Source: Lama glama
Lineage: Eukaryota
Reading direction: 5' to 3'
DNA: 64,000 bases
Assembly (NCBI GenBank): GCA_028534125.1
Contig: CM052816.1
Span: 22,570,001 to 22,634,000, forward strand
Numbering within the stretch: the first letter of the stretch is position 1; every line of letters starts with the position of its first letter. The translations under genes were made by a program, and so were the position numbers. The notes below the pieces were generated by a model, which saw only the letters and a program-made list of their open reading frames with translations, had not been told where the DNA came from and ran no database searches. Shown in pieces: positions 38,670-50,645 of this stretch.

Positions 38670-39098
38670 TGCCTTTCCTCTTGAGCACAGAAGCTCCTAG
38701 GAATTAGGCTCCTGCAAGCTTCACCAGTCCCATATGGCCCACAGCTGCTCTGGTAGTCAGACAAGATTATCCTCTGCCAGAACATCCCTCCTGCTGAGTA
38801 GCTGAGCTCCATGCCTCAGCACCCTGTCAAGCCCTGAATCTGAGATCCACCGCTAAAGGGCATCTGAACTCCAAGAGAACCCTGGAACTCACTTAGTGCC
38901 CATCTATCCTTATATCATCCATAGCATACCTCTTAGGAAAGTTCTAGAAGAAAATGACAGAGATTTGTATCCCCAAAACTAGAACCAGTTCTTAGAAGTA
39001 TCATGCCTAGTATCTTCAAATTATTTCTCATCCCTAGAACCAAGCATCCCTATAGTCCCTTGGCAGTTTCAACACTCAGTCGAAGGCCGTGAGCTTAC

Positions 39099-39198
39099 CC
39101 AAAGTCATTCCCAAGTAGCTTCTAGACTCAGTACCGTGAAACAGGTTGGTCCCTGATTTTTCAACTACAAACCGTATGTTAAAACTGTATTTTACTCC
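39099..39198 (-). pseudogene. Exon 10 (100 nt)
   Basis: tttgtgatatgtttcag | E*NTVLTYGL*LKNQGPTCFTVLSLEATWE*LW | gtaagc; phase 2->0. Confidence 0.7.
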
Positions 39199-39700
39199 CT
39201 GAAACATATCACAAAGTGAAATGAAGCAATGCATACTGTATTTCTAAGGGGCAGGTCATAAAAACCATTGCAAATAGTTTACAAAAAAGCATTAGACTCA
39301 TATCCTAATAAATTCTCCCCCCACCACCACTTCCCATGTTACTAAATTTACAGGAATGCAAGCATCTTCCCACACTATCACCCAAATAATATGATTCATA
39401 ACAAAATAAAACATAAAGGAAAGAACACTGACAGAGTCTTGAGTACTATTGATAGTTGTGCCATAAACCACTGTATTAATTGCCGTGGACTTGTCACTGT
39501 AACTTCTCTGGGTCCTAGTTTCCTCGTCTATAAAATGTAACTTCTAGGGTCACTTCCGACTCTGTAATGTCTTGACTCCTGGACCTAGACTGCTTAATTC
39601 TCTGAATACAGTTTGCATGGACCAACTTGGCACACACGATGGTTACAAGGACTATAAGACATCATTAGGTAAGTTCTGTTACTAAGATGAATATACTTAT

Positions 39701-39881
39701 TCTATTAATTTAGGGCTTGCTTTTCACTAAACATCCATTTTCAACTTGGTATTAGTTTTAGGCCCAACATGTCAAAATATAGTGAGAAAACCATATCCTT
39801 GGTAACTAATCTCCAAATATGGCTCCTTAACAAACTACACCTCTCATTGTTCACATTGTTGTATAGTCTTCTCCTCTCTCC
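39701..39881 (-). pseudogene. Exon 9 (181 nt; Cache-like PY motif)
   Basis: ttctgttggttaacag | REEKTIQQCEQ*EV*FVKEPYLEISYQGYGFLTIF*HVGPKTNTKLKMDV**KASPKLI | ataagt (GT>AT donor); phase 1->2. Confidence 0.65.
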
Positions 39882-40059
39882 CTGTTAACCAACAGAATGC
39901 AGCTGGAGCAATGATGAGGGATTTTCAAAGCCAGGACAAAGCAGTCTTGCAACCTTACTTCTTGAAACATTTCTTTAGGGGCAGCTAGTCGCCATGTATG
40001 AAATCTGACTACTCGAGATCACCATGCTTTGAGAAAGCTCAACTAGCCATGCAGAGACT

Positions 40060-40305
40060 ATTACAACTAACAAACCAATTCAATAAAATTGGAGAATCTA
40101 AAATTAGCAAAAAAATTGGATTTCTATACACTAACAATAAACTATCTGAAAAAGAAAGGAAATAACCTCATTCACAATAGCATCAAAACCAACAAAATAT
40201 TTAAGAATAAATTTAACCAAGGAGGTGAAAAAGATCTGTACACTGAAAACTACAAGACATTGATGAAAGAAACTGAAGACACAAATAAATGGAAATACTC
40301 ATTAA
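40060..40305 (+). mobile_element. L1 ORF2 fragment
   Basis: KDLYTENYKTLMKETEDTNKWK. Confidence 0.85.
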
Positions 40306-41155
40306 AAATTTATAACAAATAATGTATGCTACACATTCATTCTGTCATTAAACTTTAAAATAAATACAAGTAAATATATATGTACATTATGTATATGAAT
40401 ATATCTTTTCAGAGAGCTGGTAGTTAAACACTTAACAGCACACCACTTTGTGTATTTACATGAAGATAATGCATTGGTATAAACCAAAGCCAAAGAACAT
40501 CATGTGAATAAAGATATTCTCAGGAGAAAATACTGGAATAGAATTGAGTCATCATATAATTTTCACAGAAATCCTGAAACCAAACACTTTCATGGTATAA
40601 CAATAATACCATATTCAAGCTGAGAAGAGGAATTTAATTTTAATAAAACAGTATGATCTATGACATTAAATTAGTGTTATTAAATATTTTAGTTCATTGA
40701 ATTTATTTTCATGTATCTGATATTAAAACTTGCTTTGAACTTTATAGTTCTGTAAGACATATAAGTATTCATTCATTCCTTTCCCAGTAAATGGATGGAT
40801 ACAATTAATACATGCTAGGCACTAAGCTAGGTGCTAGGATATATCAGTGAACAAAATAAAATAATTTATTCCTATTTTGTTCATTTTTAAGTACTATTCT
40901 TATTAAAATTATAGTTCAACATTGGGTATTTATAATTTTTTTCTTTACAAAAATATAATTACTCAAATTTGAGGAAAAAAATAAACTTAAAGCCTTCTTC
41001 AGAAGTAAGATAAATGGTCCATGGTCTGTTCACTGCTTAGAGAGCTCACTGGTGACACAGCATAAAAGTCAGTCAACAGTCATGGCTAAGGAGGTTGGGA
41101 ACCAGCCTTTGTTACTTTTGTGTTTTCAGATCGTCAAAAAATAGACCACGCTCAC

Positions 41156-41201
41156 ATTCATCATTTCTAAAATAATTTCATCGGTGACTAAGCTCTTATA
41201 C
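41156..41201 (-). pseudogene. Exon 8 (46 nt)
   Basis: cagattttag | V*ELSHR*NYFRNDE(W) | gtgagc; phase 0->1. Confidence 0.55.
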
Positions 41202-41261
41202 CTAAAATCTGCCCCCCCCTTAAAACGATGGGGTTTTAACAAGGCAATTTAAAATAGACAG

Positions 41262-41815
41262 GTATATAAGTCAGGGTTCTCCAGAGAAACAGCATTAGCA
41301 GGATGTGAACAGATAGGCAGACAGATGATAGATGGATAGATAAATGTGAAGCAATTGGTTTACGTGATTGTGGAGGTGCAAGTCCAAAATGTGCAGAGTA
41401 GGCTAACTGGAGACCCAGGGATGTTGCAGAACACTCGGTCCTATTCAAAATGTCTATATAAGACATCTGGTCCATGCCAAGTGGTTTTGAATAGGACCAA
41501 GTATCAAAGATTTTTTGGCGTGGACCTAACGTCTCACAATGGTTTGGACAGGACCAAATTTCTGCCAACCACCAGGGACAGCCACATTATTAGTCCAATG
41601 GAAGTCTGCTGGCAGAATTCCTTCTTGCCCAGGGTGTCACTGTTTTTTAAAAATCAGCCCTTCAAACTGAATGGATGAGGCCCAATCACATTTTGGAAGG
41701 TAATCTGCTTTATTCAAAGTCCACTGATTTAAATATCAGTCACATTTACAGAATGTTTGACCAAGTATCTGGGCACTGTGGCTCAGACAAGCTGACACAT
41801 AAAATTAACCATTAT
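41262..41815 (-). mobile_element. MLT2 (ERVL) LTR interrupted by a small MITE
   Basis: agtcagggttctccagagaaacag...caagctgacacataaaattaaccatta. Confidence 0.85.
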
Positions 41816-41929
41816 AATGGGATATTTAACAATATCACAGGTTCATTCAGCATTTATTAATTATTTGCTAAACTTGTATGGAAATATTTTGAATGTTTTG
41901 CTTATCTTTCTTTTCAGATGAAAAATTAC

Positions 41930-42022
41930 TTCTGATAGATAACTAAATTGAACTCAACCCTGGCCAATAACCATAAATTGAATTCCACTGTACTTAAACT
42001 TAATTTTAGTTTTTCCTATTGT
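41930..42022 (-). pseudogene. Exon 7 (93 nt)
   Basis: aattaatttaacag | TIGKTKIKFKYSGIQFMVIGQG*VQFSYLSE | gtaatt; phase 0->0. Confidence 0.5.
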
Positions 42023-42774
42023 CTGTTAAATTAATTTGACTTGCCACAAAAATAAAAAGGTAATTAAACTGAAATTATTAGAGATCAATTTACGCATAAA
42101 AGGAAAAAATGCAAGTACTGTATTTGGGAAAGAATATAAAGAAACAACGGTCAATTCCTGCACTAGCCATGTTGCCATTTTAAGTTCTTTCACTAAAAAT
42201 AAGGGCACAATTGCAATTTAAACACATAAATGGACACAAGACAGGGAGAGCTGAGGAGTAAGAGAGGCAATGCTTCTGCCAGCATGTCAAGGGGAAAAAT
42301 TGCTGGGGAAGATCAGAAAACTGCAGAACAGAAATGAAGTCAAACTGGGAGTCATGAAAGGACTATAAAGGTTCTCAAGCTATAAAGAACAGACTAGAAA
42401 GAGGCGTTCCATAGATTGCCTTAGGAGCATCTGGCCTCCTAAGCAATGATGTGCTGAGGCTTAGGGCTGAGGAAACAATAAAGATGGAGTCAGAGTGCAG
42501 TCAATTGTAAATCGGTGATGATGCATTTCCTCATTCTTTGCTCCTTCAGACCCAAGCCTCAACTAGAACCATATGCCATTTCCTATGATAGCCAACTTGG
42601 CAACCCCCATGTCATCCTACATCTTCCTTTCAAAATATCCAGCTAAGATGAATTATCAGTGGAGCTTAAATTAAATAGCCTACTCATGGCAAATAATAAG
42701 CCTTCAATTTTTCCTTGTACAAGGGGAATTTATTTAATTTTCCTGTAAAATAAGGGAGTTTTGATCAGTACAAT

Positions 42775-43212
42775 GGACACCGGTCAGTTCTTCACCCAGA
42801 TCTCCTGAGATCCCTTCGGGCCGTTTCTGCATCCCCTTCCTCAGGCTCTGGTATGCTTTTGCCCCTGAAGGACTGTCTTCCACCAGGGGTCACTGAGTCC
42901 TGGCACAGGAGGCTGCAGGAGCAGAGAGCCAGAGCACCTGCAAATTTACATCTGCACCTCCCCACCTCTCTCCCTCAGCTGAGTGACCAGCAGGGGAGTA
43001 TGGAAGCCAGTCTCTTCACCTCAGGTCAAGACAACTCTGAAGCTGCAGGAATCAGCTAATCCGTCCCTAGGACTTGACCTGCATCTAATCCCTGGTTTGA
43101 CTTCTGCTCTGCTCTGTCCTCTCTCCTCCCACCCTTACCAGTTTCTCCTGGGAACACTTTCCAGTAAATTACTTGCAAGGCAATCCTTATCTCGGACAAC
43201 TGGTGAAAGACA
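42775..43212 (+). mobile_element. LTR16-like ERVL LTR
   Basis: 3' end ttctcctgggaacactttccagtaaattacttgcaaggcaatccttatctc...aagaca. Confidence 0.7.
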
Positions 43213-43226
43213 AATCTACGGTTTAT

Positions 43227-43397
43227 ATTCTTTTGGTCTTTATGGTTCTGTCCAAACAATACATGTAGAACAAGATAAAACAAATTCAAGACTTTGTTAT
43301 AATGGGTCCTTGATTCCACAAAGTCATAAACAGTGTGTTAGCAGCATCCCAACTTCATAAAGCCACCGATGATATCATGTGTGTTATCACCAGTAGC
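43227..43397 (-). pseudogene. Exon 6 (~171 nt; donor uncertain, abuts LTR)
   Basis: cttaaaactctcag | ATGDNTHDIIGGFMKLGCC*HTVYDFVESRTHYNKVLNLFYLVLHVLFGQNHKDQKN | ataaac (degenerate donor). Confidence 0.45.
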
Positions 43398-43829
43398 CTG
43401 AGAGTTTTAAGATGGAAAGTAATGTGATGTTCCAGGGAGACTATGGACTTGAAAGCCCTAGACTTGGATGCAATGCTGGCACAACAAATATCTAGTCCCA
43501 TACCCATCAGATTGCTTGGATTCTGAATCGATAAAACAGCAATACTGACCTTAAAGAGTTAAAAAAGTAAAGGAGTAAATGTTTAAAACACCTGATACAT
43601 AATAAATATAAATAATTTCTGCATTTTGCTTTCCCCAGGGAATGATTTTGCCACAAGGAAAACAGAGCTGATTGAAGCATCTATTTCCCTATAGTGAAAA
43701 GCCTTGGAATAGAGCCCTAATTAATGTCTGTCATTAGCAACCAGTTTACATTTGGGAGCAAGCGACATGGCAATTATGACTGTTTACCAGTAACCTTAAG
43801 GTTCTTTTGAATTATTGAGGCTGGTTTCA

Positions 43830-44260
43830 CTCATTCATTAATACATGCTTATTGAGTGGTTATATCTCAGGCACTGGGATATACAGAAATAAAAGAGACT
43901 GATTTGGTGCCAATACACCAGCAAACAAATAAGCAATTAATCAGAGATGGTTTAAGTATCATGAGAGAAATAAACAGGGGCATGGGACAAAGGAACTCAG
44001 TAAGGGAGGGGAGCAACACTAGACAGGACAGTCAGGAAATTCCTCTGTGAGGGCGGGGTATTTGAGCTGGAGCCCGTCTTGTGAAGATCCAGAAAGAACA
44101 TTCCAGGGAGAAGGAACAGCAACTCCTAAGGTGGGAGAGACCTTGGTGCCAGTGGAAATAAAGTGATCTGAATTCAGGAGAGCAAGGAGAAGATGAAGCC
44201 AGACGAAAGGGCAGGAATGAGAGGATGCAGTTCCTCACGGGTGTGCTGAATAGTCTGACT
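43830..44260 (-). mobile_element. L2 3' fragment
   Basis: tcattcattaatacatgcttattgagt...gaacattccagggagaaggaacagc. Other L2 pieces at about 6560-6830, 8700-8950 and 50650-51420. Confidence 0.7.
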
Positions 44261-45276
44261 CAGTGAAGTACAGACATGGAAAGCATTCCTGTTTATCACC
44301 AATCTTTCCTCCTATATGTATTGTACAAATTCCCTATTCCTTCCCCTTAATCACATTTCAGGCAGAATGTATAGCTTCACAACCAATTTCAGTATAAAAT
44401 TAGCCAGTCCAATGAAAATTAAATGCAATCTGAAACTTAACCCTTAAATGTAGTTTAACGCCGTGTTTCTCCCCTAGCTGAAACAGATGGGCACCTGTTG
44501 GCTCTTTCACTTCTCCACCTCCTCCCTCTCCCTCTTCCATGTCTCTCCTCCCCAAGCGTTGTGAAATCTTGGAGAAAACAGAAAGAAAGGGGGCAAATGT
44601 CTCTGACTTCATTGGGGCTGTGCCTGGTCCTCCTTGACTATTGATGCTCTCTGATTACTGACATTCAAGGGCTCCTTCTCTCATGTGGGGAGTACGTGTG
44701 GGTTCTTTAGGAAGCCCTGCAGAGGACAGCCAGGTCCTTGAAGTAGACAGTCAACCCAGTGTGACCTCATCCAATCCACTCTCACTCAGTGATATATTCT
44801 GTAACCTCTTGCTTCTAGCAACATGGCTGACGTCTGATTCCCCTTTGAGTATCTACGTAGTCCACGGAAGGGTCATCATTCTTCACCTACTAAACAGGAG
44901 AGGTGTGACTTCCTAATGCTTAATCCTCTTCCTTCTACTCTTGTTCTTTCCGTATCTGTTTTCAAATAGGCACATGGGAGGATTAGTAAATTCACACTCA
45001 TTAAGCAAACATCCAGCCTATAATTCAGATGTAACTCACACCTTCTTCAGATACTCCCAATTTCCGTGAGTAGACCTCTTAAAGTGCCCCCTCCGTCACT
45101 TGCCTTCAAGCAAAACAATCCCATCTCCCTCAAGAGAAGAAAAAGGAAAATCTTCAGCATTCTCCCACAGGCCTGATAACTCAGTTATTCTCTAGTCTAG
45201 ACTTAGGGAGACTGATCAAGGACAAGTAAAGAGGTCTGACAGGTACAGTAATGAAATTGATACTGCTTTTTCATAC

Positions 45277-45417
45277 CAAATTCTATGGGAATATGTCTGA
45301 TGCCATGCTTTACAATAAGAACTACTTAGCAGCTCTTTCATTTTGAATAAAATCTTTTGTGTTAAATACAATACAGAGCTTTTCGCTTTGAGTACAGTGA
45401 GTATGATGCACTTATTA
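45277..45417 (-). pseudogene. Exon 5 (~141 nt; acceptor and frame uncertain)
   Basis: Donor gtatga; ...HCTQSEKLCIVFNTKDFIQNERAAK*FLL*SMASDIFP*NL in the phase-0-ending frame; an alternative frame is stop-free. Confidence 0.4.
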
Positions 45418-45509
45418 CTAATAAATGCTTAGTGACTATCAACAGGACTTGTCATTGAAATTCAGATATAATGAAGCATAAATGTATTCATTTATTCATC
45501 AGAACATAC

Positions 45510-45635
45510 TTATTTATTCATTAAAGTGATTTTTCTTCATTGAAATTTGAACACATTGCTGCTCCTTCTTCTAATTAATATTCTAATTACTCATAGCTAA
45601 CTACTAATGAACAGTTATAATCTCTAATATACTGT
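45510..45635 (-). pseudogene. Exon 4 (126 nt)
   Basis: ccatttcttgctag | QYIRDYNCSLVVSYE*LEY*LEEGAAMCSNFNEEKSL**IN | gtatgt. Confidence 0.4.
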
Positions 45636-46737
45636 CTAGCAAGAAATGGTCACACTTTCACCAAGTCCCCTACCCAATCATCCTAAAATGTGTGTTTTCA
45701 TCTCTCCCTCCCAGTTCTGTTATGAACAATCTCTTCTGATAAATGCAGACACCTGGGAAGAGGCATGACTGGTTCTTTTCTTTTTCTAATTGAACTTCTT
45801 GTTTTTGTTTCTAATGAAGGAGAAAATTAGGTAAGCTGGATGTCTTAGTTTCATACTGTTTAAAGAAAGAAAATAGTAGAGTTGAAAAAACCCTTATTAA
45901 TTAACCACAGTCAGTGCATACAAGGCTGCAGTAAGAAAAATTAAAGAAAGAAAAAAGAAAAATTAATGTCAATTTTGGGAGGGATCATAAAAGCAAAGAG
46001 AGAGAGATACCAGGAAGTCACAGAATCATGTGAAATCTTTATCTCTGACAGTTAGTGATGACAGATGATTAAACAAAATCATAAAGCTCTAAATCGGCAC
46101 ATCACTCTATAGCTAATGTGCCATGTATCAGGTACTCAGTACATAAAATAAATCAGCTCTGGGAAATTCGAGGCTTCACTGAGTTCTGAAGAGGGTAAAA
46201 TTTAGATATGGCTTGCATGACATTACTAGCTATAGGATATTGGTGCCCAAGTATCCATTGCAGATGTCTATTTAAGCAGAGATCTGAGTAGTAAAACAAA
46301 GTGGCCTAAATTAGACAACCAATCAGGGCACTCTTTCCTTTTCCTCAAGCGTGCAGGCACAACAGATCAAGTGCATGAGTAACGTATCCTTTGTTCTCAG
46401 GGTCTCACCCCTGCATTTGTAGTCTTTCATTTCATTAAAAGCGTGTGGCGATTAAAGTCCTTTGAAAACACTGGGTTGCATGGGCTGGAGTCACATAAGC
46501 TGAAATCATCTTATGCCACATAAGTGTCTAAGATAGCTCTTCTTAAGCCGGAGAAAAAAATAGATGAAAAAAATTGAAATATAAGGCATATTACTATTCA
46601 CTGAATACTTTCTATGAAAAATAAATCTCTTAAACAAACAAAAAATGAAAAGCTATGTGAACCTAGTTTTTACTGATTCTCTTTAATGTTTCTTATTCCA
46701 AAATCAAAAGTCAAAAGAAGGTTGATTAAGAACAGAA

Positions 46738-47972
46738 GGCAAGGAACAGTCTCTTCAATAAATGGTGTTGGGAAAGCTAGACAACCACATGCAAAAGACT
46801 AAAACTAGACTATTATCTTATACCATACACAACAATCAACTCAGAAAGGATTAAAGACTTGAGTCTAAGACTTGAAACTAAAAAACTCCTAGGAGAAAAC
46901 AGGTACTTAGCTCCTTGACATTGGTCTTGGCAGTGATTTTTTAGATCTGACTCCAAAAGCAAAGACACAAAAGTGAAAATAAACAAGTGGGACTAAATCA
47001 AACTAAAAAGCTTCTGCACAGAGAAGGAAACCATCAACAAAATGAAAAGGCAACCTACAGAATGGGAGAAAATATGTGCAAATCATGTCTGACAACAGAT
47101 TAATATCCAAAATATGTAGAGAACACATACAACTCAATAGCAAAAAAACAAACAACCTGATTAAAAAATGGGGAGAGCATCTAAATAGACCTTTTTCCAA
47201 AGAAGACATACAGATGGTCGACAGGTACATGAAAAGATGCTTAACATCATGAATAGTCATGAACGTGTGATTCAAAACCAAAATGAGATATCACCTCATA
47301 CTTGTTAGAGTGGCTGTCATCAAAAAGACAAGAAAGAACAAGTGTTGGTGAGGATATGGAGAAAAGGGAACCCTTCTGCACTACTGGTGGGGATGTAAAT
47401 TGATGTAGCCACTAAGGAAAACAGTATGGAGGTTCCTCAAAAAATTAAACATGATTCAGCAATTTCACTTCTGGGTATTTATCCAAAGTAAATAAAAATG
47501 CTAATTCGAAGATATGTACTCCCAAGTTCACTGCAGCATTATTTCCAACATCCAAGATATGGAAATAACCAAAGTGGCCACTGGGAGATAAATGGATAAA
47601 GAAGATGTGGTATATAAACTCAATGTAATACTACTCAGCCATAAGAAAGAATGAAATCTTGCCATTTGCAACAACATGGATAGACCTGGAGGGCATTACG
47701 CTAGGTGAAATAAATCAGACAGAGAAAAGAAATCCCATATGGCTTCACTTACACGTGGAATTAAAGAACAACAGCAAAACCAAGCGCACAGAAGTGGAGA
47801 ACAGACTGGTGGTGTCAGAGGTGCTGGGTAGGAGGTGGGAGAACTGGGTTTAGGGAATCAAAAGGTGCAAACTTCTAGTTATAAATAATTAAATTATGGG
47901 GATATAATATACAGCATTATGTCCATTATATCTCAACAAAAATCCTCAAAACAAATGCTAGTTAGAATATAA
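46738..47972 (+). mobile_element. 5'-truncated L1 (ORF2 C-terminus + 3'UTR)
   Basis: ctcttcaataaatggtgttgggaa...gccatttgcaacaacatggatagacctgg; TSD approx aagaacagaagg / aagaacagaggg. Confidence 0.93.
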
Positions 47973-48370
47973 AAGAACAGAGGGAAAGATAAAATTAAAA
48001 ATGTCAGCCAAATTTTTTGAAGCTTCCTGAAGAGCTAAATTTGGAAAATGTAAACAGTCTGTAACATACAAATTTCTGTTATTGTAATAATATCAGGAAT
48101 ACATCATCAGTAACGTAAGAGCCACTGTTTTGATGTTAACCCTTAAGTAGGAAAGCCCATCAACCAACTCTCCTGGCTGCTATAAAGAAAATGACATGAG
48201 TTTCATTTTTGCCTGCCTAAAGTTGCCATTCTCTTCTCTTTCTGGCGTTGGCATATATCACTCCCTCTGACTGAAATAGCTTCCCCTCCTCTTGGCCTGA
48301 CTAACTCCTTCTCATCCTGTCGGTGATAGCTTAAAAATCAATGCTTCTGTATCACCTTTGCCGAATGCCT

Positions 48371-50090
48371 GTGTGTTGGTTATATACCCACTGCAGCTCA
48401 GCTCCAAACTCACTCTTCTGTCTTCTTTCACGTAATGCTTAGGCTAGGACCCTGCAAATTACATTTTCCAGACTCCTTTGCCAGCGGGCTTATATTAGAT
48501 GCTGTCAATAAGAGGCATTAGAGAGAGACTGGAAGGGAGCAGGAGTAGAGAAGGGTCTTTATTCTGTTTGTTTGCTGTTCCTGTCTGTGCTGTCACAGCA
48601 GGGGCAATCCATCTCAGCAGCAGCAGTTGGCTCTAGACACTAACAACTTTCAACACTCACAGAATCAAGTCAGAAAAACTGGCAGCAGCCAGATGTGCCT
48701 GCTCCTCAAAGGCCTGAGATTCAATTCTGCAGGGCGGCTTGTCCGAAATCCTAGGTTATGGTAACTCCCCCACTTCCCCAGGCTCAAGCTGACATGCATC
48801 CTGCAGTTATTTTTTATCTAAGTGATCTCCTGGCTATGATTTTTGTTTGTCAGTCCTCCAATAACTATGTATTCAATTCTCAGCATTAAACCCATGGTGC
48901 AGGAATTCCTAGTGTAATTTCTTTTTCCTAACTGGACTCAACGGATACCGCAACTGGCACCATGAATAAGGTCAGGAAACAGATTCTCAAAGATAAAATC
49001 CTGGGACTGACTTGGTTATACCCCTAGCCTTGAATGTTGTGCTAAGCTTTTTATAAATTAAAAAGTGGATAGTGATCATCTTTGGCATACACTGGCATCA
49101 CAGTTTACTAGATTATCACTATAGTAAATAAAGTCAGGTGTCTATTAGAGCAAGGGTCTTGGGAAGCCAAGGGGCTCTGTTTCTTGGCCTTTATGGTAAT
49201 AGAGCTGACTATAAAACTGTAGGCTGAGCCTTATTTTTATTTATTTATGCCTGTTGGAGAATTTACAAGAAGAGATAAATAAGCTCAGCATTTTAAAACT
49301 TTCAGTTCAAGAAAAAGGGAGCTTATTTGGTAGTTCAAAGAGAATCTTTTCTTTCTTTTACCTGTAGAATAGGCATTGTTTAAAATCAGATGCAAAATTT
49401 AACTGTGCAGTTGAAGAATTACAAAATAAACTGATTTCACAGATTCACAGAGCATCCTCTGTGAAAGTCAGGAATCAAATAGAAAAGATTGGGTTCCAGG
49501 TCTCAGAAATGAAGACATCTAGACAGACACGAATGAAAATGAGACTTGAAGTCTCAGTTACTCACAGTCTCTTCTGAGGAGACTCACGTTCTCTTGCTCA
49601 AGGCCTGGGCCTGGCCCATCTGAAGCAGACGCCTTGTCAGAGGATGCCCACATCCATTTTTCCTCATTATGTCTACTCCTGGGATGGGGGCTTAATGACC
49701 CAGGGGATACAGTTCAATACCTGATGAAGTAGGAGATCACTTACACTCCAAGAGAATTACAAGATTTAGCTGATTTGTTTTGACAAAAAACTGAATGCTA
49801 TGAGAGAATGGGTGCTAAGAGTGTTAAGACTCAGGATGCTGGGGCATCACTTTGAATGAGGCCTGAATTACTGACAAATGTACATTCACCAGAGATTATA
49901 CATTTAATGTGAGATTGAAATGCAAAAATTCCCTGCAATATAAAGGGAAAAAGCCCAAAGCCTGAGAGAGAGAGGAATGTTGGCGTGGATTTAAGAAGTA
50001 CAATTGCATATCTAACCCTACTTCCCTTAATTCCCCCCAGGAAGGCTCAGAGAACACTCCTTTCACCAAAGAGTAAGAACTACATTTAAA
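48371..50090 (+). mobile_element. ERVL LTR (LTR33-like, ~48371-48948) plus adjoining internal gag-region relic
   Basis: LTR end cctaactggactcaacggatac followed by PBS-like aactggcacc and degraded ERVL-E-type internal sequence (recognised from memory). Confidence 0.6.
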
Positions 50091-50192
50091 AAGTAGTTAT
50101 CTGTGACTCCAACATCCAAACAAGTTAACTAGACTTCCTCTCATTACTTGGATTGGCCTTGCTTCTCCTCCAGCCCATCCAGTCCCACTCAC

Positions 50193-50289
50193 CACGCCAA
50201 TGGCTCCAATCTTGGTTCCAAGTCAATCACAGTCTATTTTGCATATCTGCTGTTCTTTTGTTCATGTCTGCCTGTGTAACATGACTGCT
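50193..50289 (-). pseudogene. Exon 3 (97 nt)
   Basis: taattggcttttccag | SSHVTQADMNKRTADMQNRL*LTWNQ... | gtgagt; probable frameshift near the 3' end. Confidence 0.6.
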
Positions 50290-50600
50290 CTGGAAAAGCC
50301 AATTAAGATTCCCCAAACCACCTATTAATATGAATAATGCCTTCCATTCACAAAGAATTTTAAACTTTTCAAAGTATGTTACATATTTTATCTCATTTGA
50401 GAGTCACATCATTACATAACAAGTAGAATAGGCACTACTGTCTCATTATTGAGATAAAATAGGTAAATTTTAATGAATTTAAGTGGTGATTGGTTCCAGG
50501 TCATCTTCTTGAAAAGTTCTCACACTGCCTTTACTTCCTCACCACCCACCCCTCCCACCACCAGCTATTTGTTCCTTAATTCACTGAAGTAAGGCACTCA

Positions 50601-50602
<2 letters not shown>

Positions 50603-50642
<40 letters not shown>
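50603..50642. repeat. (AC)n microsatellite
   Basis: Pure AC run of about 20 units. Confidence 0.97.

Positions 50643-50645
<3 letters not shown>

Noticed and set aside
37625..38700. Longest real ORFs (155 aa and 174 aa)
   Set aside because: They run across MIR, Tigger, MER5 and L1 fragments with no splice support.
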